Shown: piece after piece, positions 1 through 12,478 of the stretch | Layout: each line of letters opens with the position of its first letter | How positions within the stretch are numbered: position 1 is the first letter of the stretch | NCBI GenBank assembly: GCA_054661495.1 | Contig: BAAFSQ010000006.1 | Coordinates: 60,001-92,000 of the forward strand | Length of the DNA stretch: 32,000 nucleotides | Direction of reading: 5' to 3' | Origin: Zygophlyctis sp. KS116 | Lineage: Eukaryota; Fungi; Chytridiomycota | The notes under the pieces: generated by a model | Told to the model about the DNA's origin: nothing | Seen by the model: the letters and a program-made list of their open reading frames with translations, nothing else | The model's database searches: none | Made by a program: the position numbers and the translations under genes

Positions 1-527
1 CAGAGTAATTTAATCAACTGAAATTTACTATTTAGATACTGGATTCAGGGTGGATACAAGTAGCTCATCTTATAATAGATTTCTGATTTTATCAAAATTT
101 AGAAAGAATTATGGTAATTACAAATTTCATTAAATTTTAGATTTATCATGGGAAAATTCAGACAATATACAAAAACCAATCTCTAAGCAAGGACAAGTAC
201 TAAAATGCAAAAGTTGTAGATTTCTTTTAATTTCTGAACCTGATGATATACTCTATCATCCTGGTAATGATCATATGATTGAATGTGGATTATTTTATCT
301 GAATCCAGCTGTGAATTGGATTCCTATACAAGATGGAATAATTCAAGGGAAAATAGACTGTCCAAATTGTCATTGTAATTTTTCTCTTTTTAAAATTTAT
401 AGATAAATTAGGAAAGTTTAATTGGTCTGGGATACAATGTACATGTGGTAAATGGATTGTTCCTGGATTTTCAGCTCAAAGATCTAAAGTAGATTTAGAT
501 TTTAAGTCACTTAAAAAGACTATTTAA
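1..527 (+). CDS. YVH1: 3' part of Yvh1/DUSP12 dual-specificity phosphatase (C-terminal zinc-binding domain); 5'-partial
   Basis: Spliced translation gives CKSCRFLL...GKIDCPNCHYKLGKFNWSGIQCTCGKWIVPGFSAQRSKVD, the Yvh1 Zn domain. Introns 5-35 (tentative), 114-140, 375-402; stop TAA 525-527. Absent from the ORF track. Confidence 0.9.
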
Positions 528-684
528 ATCTGAATTTTGAATCTGATCATGCATTAAGAATGCATAGCTAGCATAATAATTTAACACTGTCATGATCGTT
601 AAAGGCATAATATTTCAACTTTTTCATACACAATTTTGAGAAATTCAAAGAGATTTAAGCCGATTTCGCGTCGCTAGATTCAAA

Positions 685-3626
685 ATGTCATTGGCAGGAG
701 AGTTATCATATTCAGAATTAAAATCTAAACTTGCATTAAATCTAAAGGAAAACTCCATCGGACAAAAACTTAAGGCTCAATTGAGATATTTCTTAATACA
801 GAAAATTCAGTCAAAGGCTCCCGAGGGAAACTCAAAAGCTTTGGTTCTAAAGGCCATTGACTCATTAATTATAGATTATCTCAGAAACAATAATAATGAT
901 TTTACATTGTCAGTATTCTTTCCAGAATCAGGTCTGGATAATTATTCAAATGTAAGGCGCTCAAGCAGAGCAAGAGCATTGCTTTTACTCATTAATATTA
1001 GGTAATGGAAGAAGAAGATATTCTCGCGACTCTTCATCTAAATCCTACATTTTATCCTTTAAAAATGCATTCGATGATTAAGCAGGGTCAAGCTAATGGT
1101 ATTTTTAATACTGTTCACAAACAGATCTTTTAACACGCATTTTACAAGGAATTGGGAATTATTCGGACTATTATCAACAATCAGAAAATGTAGGTATACA
1201 GACTGAAGATTTTGGTCACATTGGAGACTCTTTAGATGTTAAAATGAAGGAATTAGATTCAATTTTTAGATTCAAAAGATCAAAAAACGAGAAAAAGGAT
1301 GAAGATGAGGTGGAAGATCGAATGATTGCATTTCAAAAGAGGTTGGAAACAATAATGAAAGTTGATATGGAACAACAGGTATTATTAGAGTGCTTAAAGA
1401 AAAGTTGCAAAAGTTTAAAGATTTTGAGCTGGCACAATCAAGGTTGGAAGAACGAAAAAGTTATCAGAATCATATTACTCGTTTAAAGTCAGACTATGAA
1501 CAGAAAATTTTAGATATGCAGCAAGAAATGTTATTTATGGAAGAGAAGGAAGGGAAACGATGGGCTACAAGAGAGCATGTATATCCTGTTTTTTTAATCT
1601 AATATAGGAACTCGAAATGGCAAATATGGAAATGAGACAAAGATTATTGGATGAAGGAAACAGAATCGCATTCAAAGAAGCTACACTACGTAATAATATT
1701 GAATTGGAATCAAAGGAAATTGTCATGGAACGGGATTTACTTTCAAGGAAATATAAAGAAGCAGAAGAAAGAATTAGGCAATTAACAGAGTTTAAAGAAA
1801 AATATGCTTTGCAAATGCAGGAAAATATGGCTCAGTATAAAATTGATTTAAATCGAGAGCATGCTAGCCTTTTATCTTCAGTTGAAATTGAAAGAACTAA
1901 ACTGCAGGGAGAAAGAGCTTTACTCAGTGAGAGAGCATCTGTGACTGAGCAAATGATGAATAATGTAAAGCAAGCTCAAATGGATATTGATAATACCCGC
2001 AATAATCTACGTGAAGCACAGAAACAGCTTCAAAGTGCAATCAAGGAGAGGGATGATGCTCAACTTCATGTAAAAGAACTTCAGCTAAAAGTATGTCATT
2101 TTTTATTAATATTTTAGCTTTTAACTAATAAGGGGTCAACAGCTCTAGAATTTGAGCTTCAAAGTCTGAAAGCGTAATCATATAAATATTTCTAATTTTT
2201 AGACAATTGATTGAAGCCGAACAACTCAATCAGCAGAGGCAAAAAGGTAAAAACATCAATTTATTAATTATAGAATATCAAAATATACTTGAGCGATTTG
2301 CAAACCCAACTGAACAGCCGAAATTAAATTCTGATCTAACATGGCAGAGAGAATGTCAAGCGTTGAACTTGAGGCTGGAAGAAGAGGTATTTCTTAAAAA
2401 TATTTATACTATTTAGAGCCGTAAATATAGTGAATTGCAAATCAAGTATGAAAATGAAGTTTTAAAATGCAAACAATTGAAGAAAGATATTTCCGACCTC
2501 CAGTTATTATTACATCAAGCCAGGGTTGCCTTAAACAAGGAAATAGCCTTCAAGTCTACAATGGAACGATATCCTAATCATATGGTCAGAACTGATTTAC
2601 TACCAGATCCCATGGATATTCGCTATGAGAACCATTACCGCAATTCATCGCGAAAGCTGAATGCTGTTTTTCGTAAAATTCCAGATCCATCTGCTCATAA
2701 TTTAGCTGGGAATATTTACAATTCAGATGATGAGGATGAATCAAACATTCTTTCAAAAATTGAACCCATAGATCTTCGCGATGTATCACCACTTAGAGAA
2801 TATCCTCAAAATACATATACAGAAGTAGATTCACATCAACAGCACGCAGGCGATGCCGAAAATGGAATCGAACAAACAGAAGATGAAAATAACGAAGATA
2901 TACAACTTAACAGAGCCTCAAAGGAAAAAGAGATTGATTTCCACAGACCTCTTGATTTTCATTTCCAGGAAAAATCAGAAAAGCTAAACATATTAGAGGA
3001 CTGTGTCTCTGAAGGGAACGTAACTCCGTTTGAGACGGACAAGATTGTAACTAATATATGCAGTCACCAGTTGGATGAAGAAACACATTCAAAGCTCGTT
3101 GAATCTGATCTTGATGGTGAAATTCAATTCGGTCAAGAGAATATTGATTTCCCCTATCTTTCAGAACCTCATGAAACTGATTTAGGAGCCCATCCAGAGC
3201 CGGGAGAATCCGCCCGTCAACTAGAAACTCAAACTTTTCAAGAGCCTCAAATTGAAGAGGAACCATCGGCTCCCTTTGTTGCTGAAGAAAATATCAAGGA
3301 AGACTTATCTATAAAGTCCGAACCTAAAAAGCCAGACACAGTTTTATCAAAGCTGGATTTATTGGAAAAGGATCCGATATTACAAAAATATATGGATATG
3401 ATTGCGGAAAAAAGGAAAGAAAATACATCCATGATTGATCCAGAAGCCCGATTAGACTCTTTTACTGCAAAACTAGAGGTACTATTTATTCCATTTCTAA
3501 GATTAGTCATCTCGTATTGATATTTCAGGAATATCATCGGAGAAGGGTGATGATTGGAGGTATATACAATTATATAATGTTAGCATACCTACAGGCGGTG
3601 AGTCTAGTGAAAGCTTCAAGTGGTAA
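685..3626 (+). CDS. OFD1: OFD1-like centriole/basal body protein (LisH + coiled coils), about 881 aa
   Basis: N-terminus ELKSKL...LKAQLR...DSLIIDYL...FTLSVFFPESGL (OFD1 LisH region), long coiled coil, C-terminal DPILQKYM. Introns 952-1001, 1099-1124, 1379-1404, 1579-1607, 2091-2117, 2174-2202, 2247-2273, 2387-2416, 3479-3506, 3560-3583 (last tentative; 3' end less certain). Confidence 0.85.
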
Positions 3627-3712
3627 TTCAGCTTTAGGCTTTTGGTCGTAACCTACTCACAGGCAGACAAAATGCGGTTATGGCGAGGGTTGTCAGAATA
3701 AGTTAAAAAAAA

Positions 3713-4994
3713 ATGGTTTCAGCTGTTAGTCATTCTTTGCAATTTTCTGGGCATGAGTTCCTCAGACAGCGTCTGATCTTGTCTGCATTATCTGGCAAGA
3801 GTGTGCGAATCGATCATATCAGACCTGCTGGTGATCATTTGGGACTGTTGGACTTCGAAGCATCATTTCTCCGCCTCTTGGATAAAATCACTAATGGCTC
3901 CGCTATTGAAATCAATTACACTGGAACTTGCATTACATTTGTCCCTGGGGTTCTCACTGGTGGTAAAATTCATCATGACTGCCCACCGTCCAGAAGCATC
4001 GGTTACTTTTTGGAGCCGGTGATTGCCCTTGCTCCATTTTGCAAGAATCCTCTTACATTAAGTTTAACTGGAATCACAAATGATAATTTAGATCCATCGG
4101 TAAGTTTAGTTGATAATGAAATCCTTAAATTTCTATTGAAATAAGGATTATTTTGATCATGAAAAATTTCTAATACAATAGATGGATGCATTACGAACGG
4201 CTACTCTACCTCAACTAAAGAGATTTGGAATTGATGGTGCTCAACTAAAAATTACCAAGAGAGGAGCTCCTCCGCTGGGTGGAGGACAAGTCACATTTTC
4301 ATGCCCTACTATTCGATCTTTGACTCCTATTCAGTTTACTGATCAAGGTGAAATCAAGAGAATTAGAGGAATATCTTACGCTACTAGAATGTCTCCACAA
4401 ATGGCAAATAGAGTCATGGATTCTGCAAGAAGTGTGTTGACTAGATATATTCCAGATGTTTACATTTATACTGATGTGTATAAAGGTTTTGAGTCTGGAA
4501 TGAGTCCTGGATATGCTCTTTCTCTTGTTGCTGAATCTACTACAGATGCATTGTTATCAGCTGAATGTGCTTATCAACCTAGAGCGCATCTAATTGATAA
4601 AGACGAACAAAAAGGCTCTCAGGACGCATTGGAATTAGCGGACCAAGTTTTGGATAACAATTATAATTTCCCAACTCCTGAAGATCTTGGTATTCGAGCA
4701 GCTAGACTTTTACTTCAAGAAATTAAAAAAGGTGGTTGTGTAGATTCATTCTCTCAATGGCTATACGCCTTATTTATTGCATTAGGCCCTGAAGATGTTG
4801 GAAAGTTCCGTATAGGCACTTTGTCTCCTTTTACGTAATTATTTGTATATTAATCATTTAGTATCCAATTTCTACGGGATATAAAAACATTTTTGTCAGT
4901 TTCATTCAAACTTGAATCTGATCCTATTACTAAAACCATCATCCTCTCTGCTTTAGGAACTGGTTATAAAAACAATAATAAAAAAGTAACATAA
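3713..4994 (+). CDS. RCL1: RNA 3'-terminal phosphate cyclase-like protein Rcl1 (18S rRNA processing), about 390 aa
   Basis: FLRQRLILSALSGKSVRI, SRSIGYFLEP, KRGAPPLGGG, PEDLG motifs. Introns 4100-4181 and 4835-4861; stop 4992-4994. Confidence 0.95.
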
Positions 4995-5005
4995 ATATTT
5001 TTTTG

Positions 5006-5825
5006 TTAATCATTACTTGTATTTAGAATAAGAGTCACATTATCTACATCAACTAAATCTTTTAAAAACGGTATTAATTCTAATAATTCTGTATCTCTTG
5101 AATCGTTAAACCATGAAGTCACAGGTATTGCATTTGAAGGATGAAACAAATAGCAAGAAGGAGAATTATCAATAATGATTACATTTTTTAAATCTCTTCC
5201 TAAAAGACTAAGATCCTAAATTTGTAAATATTTTCCAAAATACCTTTACAAAAGTCCCTTCTTTATGTTTAACACATGCTTCTCTAAATAGTCTATGCCT
5301 AACTACTTTCTGCCTATCTAATGCATTCAAAACTGGATCAGCATATTTTGCTAATGATGCTGTAAATACTACAATTTCATAAATATATCCTAATGCTTCT
5401 AAAAATTCATCCACACCTGGTCTTTTTAGAACGTAAACATTATGTGAGTGATTATCAATCGTGACTGGAACCACAAAATCTGGATCCTTTATCGGCATAA
5501 ACGATGAATGTACCAGGGTCTCATCAAGGTCTAGTACCAAAGTTTTTTTGCCCTTATCCTTCCTGGACAAATTTCTTAGCAAATGATTTTCTTTACTGAA
5601 TATTGTGCCTCGAACACGCCTTGTCAAGTCTCTCCTTAGAGCCATTTGAATATTATCTGGAGTAGGTTTCTTAAAGACAAAACAAGACCAAAAATTTACT
5701 TTTTTCTTTTGAGTGCTTTTTAGTCTCTCTTTAGCAGTTTTGAGATTTAATTTAGTATTAGTCTTGGTAGCCGATGTTATTATTCCATGTGAATTGTCGC
5801 CTTGTTCTGCATCTGCATTTGACAT
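5006..5825 (-). CDS. PSR1: Psr1/Psr2 (SCP/CTDSP, NIF-family) HAD phosphatase, about 263 aa
   Basis: [31 protein letters not shown], spliced [20 protein letters not shown]. Intron 5216-5243. Confidence 0.9.
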
Positions 5826-5946
5826 AACTGATTAGATAAACTGTTTTAGGTCACGCTCTCTTGTCAACCCTTGTTACGTCGAAATAGTGGACTTTTAGAA
5901 TAAATTTCCTCGAGCGTTAAAAGTCAAGATTCAGGGTTCGATTCTT

Positions 5947-7727
5947 ATGGCCAAACAGAAATTGGTGGTTTTTGATACAACTCTCAGGGACGGGGAACAG
6001 AGTCCAGGCGTAACTCTAAATTTAAATGAAAAATTGGAAATTGCAAAACAACTCTCGAGGCTCGGGGTAGATGTCTGTGAAGCTGGATTTCCAATTGCTT
6101 CTCAGGGGGATTTTGAGGCCGTTGAGGCGATTGCTAAAGAAGTTGGTCCATTGACAATCGGAAGAGAAAATCCAATGGTAATTTGTGCATTGGCAAGATG
6201 CGTTCAGGGGGATATGAAGAGAGCTTTTGATGCCGTGAAATTCGCTCCGTTACATAGAATTCATATATTCTTGGCAACTAGTGATATTCACTTGAAATAT
6301 AAATTAAAAATTTCAAGGGAAGAATGTATTCAGAGAGCTGTAAATTCAGTAAAATATGTCAAGGAATTGGGTTGTAATGATATTGAATTTTCTCCAGAAG
6401 ATGCTGGAAGATCAGAAAAGGAATTCTTGGTTAAAGTTTTGGGAGCAGTGGTAGAAGCTGGGGCAACAACTCTAAATATTCCAGATACAGTAGGTTATAA
6501 TACTCCCCAGGAATATGGAGAATTGATTGATTATTTGGTTAAAAACGTGCCAGGAGCTGAAAAGATTACTTTTTCTACACATTGTCACAATGATTTAGGA
6601 TTGGCAACGGCTAATACTTTGCAAGGGATTTTAAATGGAGCTAGACAAGTAGAAGTGACAATAAATGGAATAGGAGAACGTGCTGGTAAAGAATCTAATA
6701 CTTAAAATTTAGGTAATACATCCCTAGAAGAAATTGTAATGACTCTTTATACACATCCAAATTCTTACCCTGTGCATCATGCAATTGATACTTTTCAAAT
6801 TTATGCAACTTCTCAATTAGTTACAAAACGTACAGGAATGGTTATTCAGCCAAATAAAGCTATTGTGGGTGGGAATGCTTTTGCACATGAGTCGGGAATA
6901 CATCAGGATGTAATTTAAGATTTTTCTAAACTAATTAGGGTGTTTTGAAACATAAGGAGACTTATGAAATAATTAGACCTGAAGTTGTAGGAATCCCTAG
7001 TAATTCTCTAGTCCTTGGAAAACATTCAGGAAGGAATGCATTTAATTCACGTCTAAATACTATTATAAATTCATCTTCTGTATATGATAAAATTATTCTA
7101 TCAGATTCGGTATTAATGGAAACACTTTTTAAAGATTTTAAGAATTTAGCTGATACAAAAAAGAGAGGTGTTACAGATCAAGATTTATTTGCTCTCCTTG
7201 ATGATCAATTACAGACTGTTTCTTCTGGCCCTGCCCATTATACTTTTGAATCATGTCAAGTAGTTTCTGGATCTAACGTAAAAGCAACAGCAACAGTTTG
7301 TATTATAGACAATAGCTGTGACCCTTGCGTGAAACTTATTGATGCTGCTATTGGTCATGGACCAGTCCATTCTATTTTTCAGGCTATATCTAGAATTACA
7401 AAGTGTTATACAAGACTTGCAAATTATGACGTTTCTGCTGTGACTGAAGGCTCAGATTCATTAGGAAAAGTGACTGTCAAAATAATTCCAGATATGTCTG
7501 AACTCTCTGTTGAAGTTCCAGTGAATGTCGTTCTTGGAGAAAATATTTCAGCAAATGCGTACGAAAGTTCACGAGTGTATGTTGGAGCGGGAACTCACGA
7601 AGATATTTTAGTGGCTTCTGCAAAAGCATATCTGAATGCAGTCAATAGATATTTGAATGCAGTCAAACACTCTAAAAAGGACGATGCGGTCTATGAAAGT
7701 GGTCAGAAGATCAAGGCAGACGTTTGA
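5947..7727 (+). CDS. leuA: 2-isopropylmalate synthase, bacterial/plant LeuA (IPMS1) type with C-terminal regulatory domain, about 574 aa
   Basis: [63 protein letters not shown]. Introns 6686-6712, 6910-6938. Confidence 0.95.
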
Positions 7728-7758
7728 GTGTTTGTTAAGGAGTAGTTTTTTAGATTTG

Positions 7759-9138
7759 ATGGAAGAAGAAAATAGTTTAAAGAGAAAGGATCCGTTTGAT
7801 GAGGAACAAGTTGTTTTGAGTGCATCAGCTGGATTATCAATCGAGGAAAACAAACGACTAGAAGCATTATGGATGAACAATCATAAGAAATCGTCCAGAA
7901 AAGTTGAAGAAGTTCCAGAAACAAGAGAATCTACTGGGAAACAGCCAAAAAAGAGAATCGCTTTACTTCTCTCTTATGCCGGAACTGGATATCAAGGAAT
8001 GCAGTTGTAAGCAGTGAAATTCAAGATTAAATCATAGAAATCCAGGCGCAGCAACTATTGAATTAGATCTGCTCAAGGCATTGAGTGTATCAGGAGCTGT
8101 TTCTGCAGATAATTCAATGGACCCTGTAAAAATTGGATTTTCAAGATCTGCTCGGACAGATAAAGGTGTTCATGCATCAGGACAAGTTGTGACATTTAAA
8201 ATGATTTTACAAGATCCAGATATTATCGAAAAGATTAATGCAGCTCTCCCGCCACAAATTAGAGTCTGGGGATATGTTCGAACTAATAAGAATTTTAATG
8301 CAAAAACTCATTGTGATTCCAGATTTTATGAATATTTATGTCCTACTTATATATTCAAACCTGCAGATCAAGGTATGTATTCATCTAAAAACTTTTTTCA
8401 GCTATTATACTAATTGTTAGAGAGATGGTCTTCATCTGCATTCTTACGTCGTGAAGAGGTAAACGCATCTGACTTGGAAATTTGTAAAGATTACAGATCT
8501 ACACCTGAACAAATTGAAAACTTGAAGTCAATTTTGAAGGAGTATTTAGGAACTCATAATCATCATAACTTTACCATTGGAAAAAAGTTTGACGATAAGA
8601 GTGCCTTTAGATACATTATGTCCTTTGAGGTAATTCTTATTCTCTTATTGTTTAGTGTTCTAGCCCATTTATTAGAGAAAATATGGAATGGGTCAGCATT
8701 AAAGTCCATGGACAATCATTTATGTTGCATCAAATCAGAAAATTGATTGGATTAGCCATTCTCATGATTAAAACCAATACACCTTGCACTCTAATCCCAA
8801 AAACATTTGAAGAAACCAAATTAAATATTCCAAAAGCTCCCGCTTTAGGTCTTTTACTTGAAAGAACTGTGTTTTCGGGATATAATACAAGGGCCGAGAA
8901 ACTGGGAGGAGATTCACCTCCTATAACATTTACACCCTTTGAATCACCCATGAAGGAATTTAAAGAGCGAGAAATTTATTCTCGAATTATAAAAGAAGAA
9001 ATCCAACAAGGAATTTTTGAAGATTGGATTCGTGGAGTTGAAGAAAGGCCTTATGACTATTTCTGGTTTTTAAGGCCTGATGGTACACTTGATGAATCAA
9101 TTAAACCACAATTTACGACTGCATCCGATCAGCAGTAA
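7759..9138 (+). CDS. PUS1: tRNA pseudouridine synthase Pus1 (TruA family), about 424 aa
   Basis: KKRIALLLSYAGTGYQGMQ, SARTDKGVHA (catalytic Asp), HNHHNFT, GQSFMLHQIRK, IPKAPALGL. Introns 8007-8037, 8373-8420, 8630-8655. Start could lie upstream (frame open from 7657). Confidence 0.93.
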
Positions 9139-9212
9139 TCATTAGTAACAAAGAAGTCTCAAAAAAAGAAAATTAATACAAGTAACTCTAATTGAATTTT
9201 AAAGCCAATCTT

Positions 9213-9621
9213 TTATCCGAATACATTTTCAGTCGCATAAAGAACATATCTAGTTATTAGTAATTAATCAACAGCGAATTCTTAGAAATTAAGGTAATAC
9301 TTACAAAAATCCATCTTCATCCTTAAAGTCTTGATAAACCTGAGTCAGGAGAGCGCTTGATGGGGGGATAGCATCTTTAACAGTCAAGAATAATGCTTGT
9401 TCAGGAGCCAACTTTAACCTTTTCCTGATAACAAATTGGAACTGTCCGATTGAAATATCGCCTGGACAGAGAAACTTTTTCTTATCAATGTCTGGCAATG
9501 CCTTTGACGACCTTCCTGCTGCTTTTTCCACTATTATAGGTATTCTGTCTGGATAAGTGGTTAGAATCCTAGCAGACTCTGAGCTTCTCTTTTCTAGATC
9601 ATGATCTTGTTTGAATCCCAT
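9213..9621 (-). CDS. ATG8: Autophagy ubiquitin-like protein Atg8, 117 aa
   Basis: YPDRIPIIVEKA, DIDKKKFL, IRKRLKL, KDEDGFL-YVLYATENVFG-stop after removing intron 9250-9304. Confidence 0.95.
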
Positions 9622-9743
9622 ATTAATCAAATCAATAGACGCTGACCTGCACGTGAGCGCGTGATAAAAACGGCAGCCAAGCACTAATCTGGCGGCCAAA
9701 TTTCTCTTTGAGTCTGAGATACGAGTAAATTTAATTTTCTCAA

Positions 9744-12432
9744 ATGTCGATTCAAGAATTTTGCAAAGGCCTTCCACAAGAAAATGTATGCCGATACTTT
9801 GATACAAAAGGGAACGGTGAAGAATGGACTTGCGTACTGAAGGATGCACAAGATGTAAAATACAATAAATTACGGCTACTGGATCTAGTAAGGGGAAAGT
9901 TGGATCAAGGGGAAAAAGTGGAATTGTATTCGCTTGTAAGGAAAGAATGGGAACTAGTGGTCAGTGGCTCACCAGGAAATCAAATTGCTCTTTTAGAGTT
10001 TTTAGAAGTGGAAACGGCAAACGAATGTCGGATCGGTTGTCTACGTTTAAAAGAGGATTATGTTTTACTAGTAGCGACGGACGCTCAAGGTGAAAAGGTA
10101 TTTGCATAATTATATCTCAGGATTAAGGATTTTATTTCTTCTACATTTATTGATAATGATTTATACACTGATCTTGAAGCTCGACTAGTTTCTTTGGGAG
10201 TAAAAGAATTGTTATTGACTAAAAATACAAAAGATATTGCAAAACTAAAGTCATTATCGGAAAGATGTCAGATTGCTATCACTTTTGTTCAAGATTCATA
10301 TTTTGATACGAAATCTTTAAAACAGGATTTGTCAAGTATATTTTCACCGGATCAAATGACTAAAACTGATTTAAATTTGGTAGATTTTGATGCAGTAGAT
10401 TCAGTGTTTCCTCTAATAGGATGTTTAATCAAGTATTTAGGACTATTAAATTCTAAGTCAAACTTTGCAAAGTACTCATTATGCGAAATGGAATTTGATT
10501 CTTATATGAAACTTGATGGTGCAGCTGTCAAGGCATTAAATTTACTCCCTAGTAGTCAAGATGGAGCTTTGAAGAGTAGGAGTTTATACGGGGTATTGAA
10601 TCATTGTCAGACTGCTCAAGGATGTAGACTTTTATCTCAGTGGTTAAGACAACCCCTTCTGAATTTGAATGAGATTGGTATGATTTTAAATTGTTGATTT
10701 TAGAAAAAAGACAGGATATTGTTGAATCTTTTGTAACTGATAATCTTTTTCGTCAAGATGTCCAGGTATCTCTATAATTATTTTTGCTAATTTAAAGGAG
10801 CATTTGAAAAAGTTTCCAGACTTGCAAAGGATGGCACAAAGGTTTGGAAGAGAAAAGGCAAATTTACAGGATGTCATTAGAGTGTATCAGGTCGTTATAG
10901 CGCTCCCAGATTTTTTGGAAACTTTGCAAGGCGTGTCCGGACTGCACCAAGATTTGATTAAAGCGACATATTATGATAAATTTAAGAAATATGCAGAAAA
11001 TCTGAGCAAATTAAAGGCGTTAGTAGAAACTACTGTGGATTTGGAGGCAGCAAATTACCATCAATATATGATAAAGGCAGAGTTTCATCCTGAACTGAAA
11101 GAAATTCGAGAAAAAATGGAAACAATCACTTCAGATATCCAGAAAACGGCAAGATACACAGCAAACGATCTTGGCCTTGAATTTGAGAAGAAGTTGAAAT
11201 ATGAACACTCTCCGCAGTATGGTCATCATCTCCGCCTTAGTCGCAATGTAGGTTCAATTTATTTTACCAAATAGGATGCCCGTTTAATTCGAGGCAACAG
11301 AGAGTATATTGAGCTTGCCACACAAAAAGCAGGAGTTCTTTTCACTACTTCTAAAATTCGAGATTTATGCGACACTTATGTATCTCTTCAAGATACATAC
11401 GAAAAATTACAAAAGGATGTTGTCAAGGAAGTTTTGAGTATAACTGCAAGTTATTTCCCGGTGCTGGAAGTCATGAATCATTTAATTTCACATATGGATG
11501 TACTTGTAAGCTTTGCGACAACAGTTTCTAATGCCCCACGACCATATGTGCGTCCAAAACTTGTTCAAGACGGAGATATAATCTTAAAATCATCCCGTCA
11601 TCCATGTGTTGAATTACAGGATAATGTATCCTTTATTGACAATGATGCTTCCTTTATCAGGGGAGAGCGGATGTTCCAGATTATTTCTGGACCAAATATG
11701 GGGGGTAAATCTACATATATACGGCAAGTAAGATGCTTATCTTCACTCAATTTATAGGTAGGAGTCAATGTTCTTATGGCTCAAATCGGATCATTTGTGC
11801 CTTGTGATGAAGCCCAAGTCTCTATCATGAATAGCATCCAAGCTCGTGTAGGCGCAGGCGACTCACAGCTGAAAGGAATTTCCACATTTATGGTATATTT
11901 TTTATAAATTAATATAAAGGCAGAAATGCTAGAAACTGCAGCAATCTTAAAATCTGCAGGTCCTAATTCTTTAGTTATTATCGATGAGTTAGGCCGGGGA
12001 ACAAGTACATCAGATGGATTTGGTTTAGCATGGGCAATTTCGGAACACTTGGCTCAAAACACTAGCTGTTTCTGTTATTTTGCAACACATTTCCATGAAT
12101 TAACAGCTCTGGAGAAGCAAATTCCAACAGTTTTCAACATACATGTAAAAGCCCTAGCTCAAGAGGCCAATATGATTCTATTATACAAGGTATGCCCCGG
12201 TGTATGCGATCAGAGTTTTGGAATTCATGTTGCTGAAATGGCTAAATTCCCTCCCAGTGTGATTAATCTTGCCAAGCAAAAGGTAATTCAGCTCGAAACG
12301 GGAAAAGTCGAGCATGATCATGAAGCAGAGAAAGCAAAGCTTCTTAAAGATTTTTCCCGATTGGAGTCATTTGATATGATGTCTGATAAAGGGGCGATAA
12401 CAGCCCTCGAGCAGCTTGTTCAAGCCCAATAA
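9744..12432 (+). CDS. MSH2: DNA mismatch repair protein Msh2, about 838 aa
   Basis: [31 protein letters not shown] (Walker A), [27 protein letters not shown]. Introns 10098-10127, 10678-10703, 10766-10797, 11248-11274, 11728-11757, 11893-11919. Confidence 0.95.
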
Positions 12433-12478
12433 ATATGTTTTGCCCCTTGCTTGTCTAACCAGGTGATTTTGAGAAAAA

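Noticed and set aside
549-565. Inverted repeat ATGCATT-AAG-AATGCAT downstream of YVH1
   Set aside because: A 7-bp AT-rich stem is expected by chance in 32 kb and has no supporting context.
4100-4181. Box C/D snoRNA in the RCL1 intron
   Set aside because: Only degenerate boxes (TGATAA, TTGA) and the interior is self-paired, leaving no evident guide; kept only as a hairpin finding.
7722-7753. GT...AG segment that might splice leuA to PUS1 as a fusion
   Set aside because: Splicing gives GAC ATT TGA, an immediate stop out of frame with PUS1.
9622-9849. N-terminal extension of Atg8 in the ORF track overlapping MSH2
   Set aside because: Atg8 homology starts at Met 9621; the extension is antisense to MSH2 and crosses the shared promoter.
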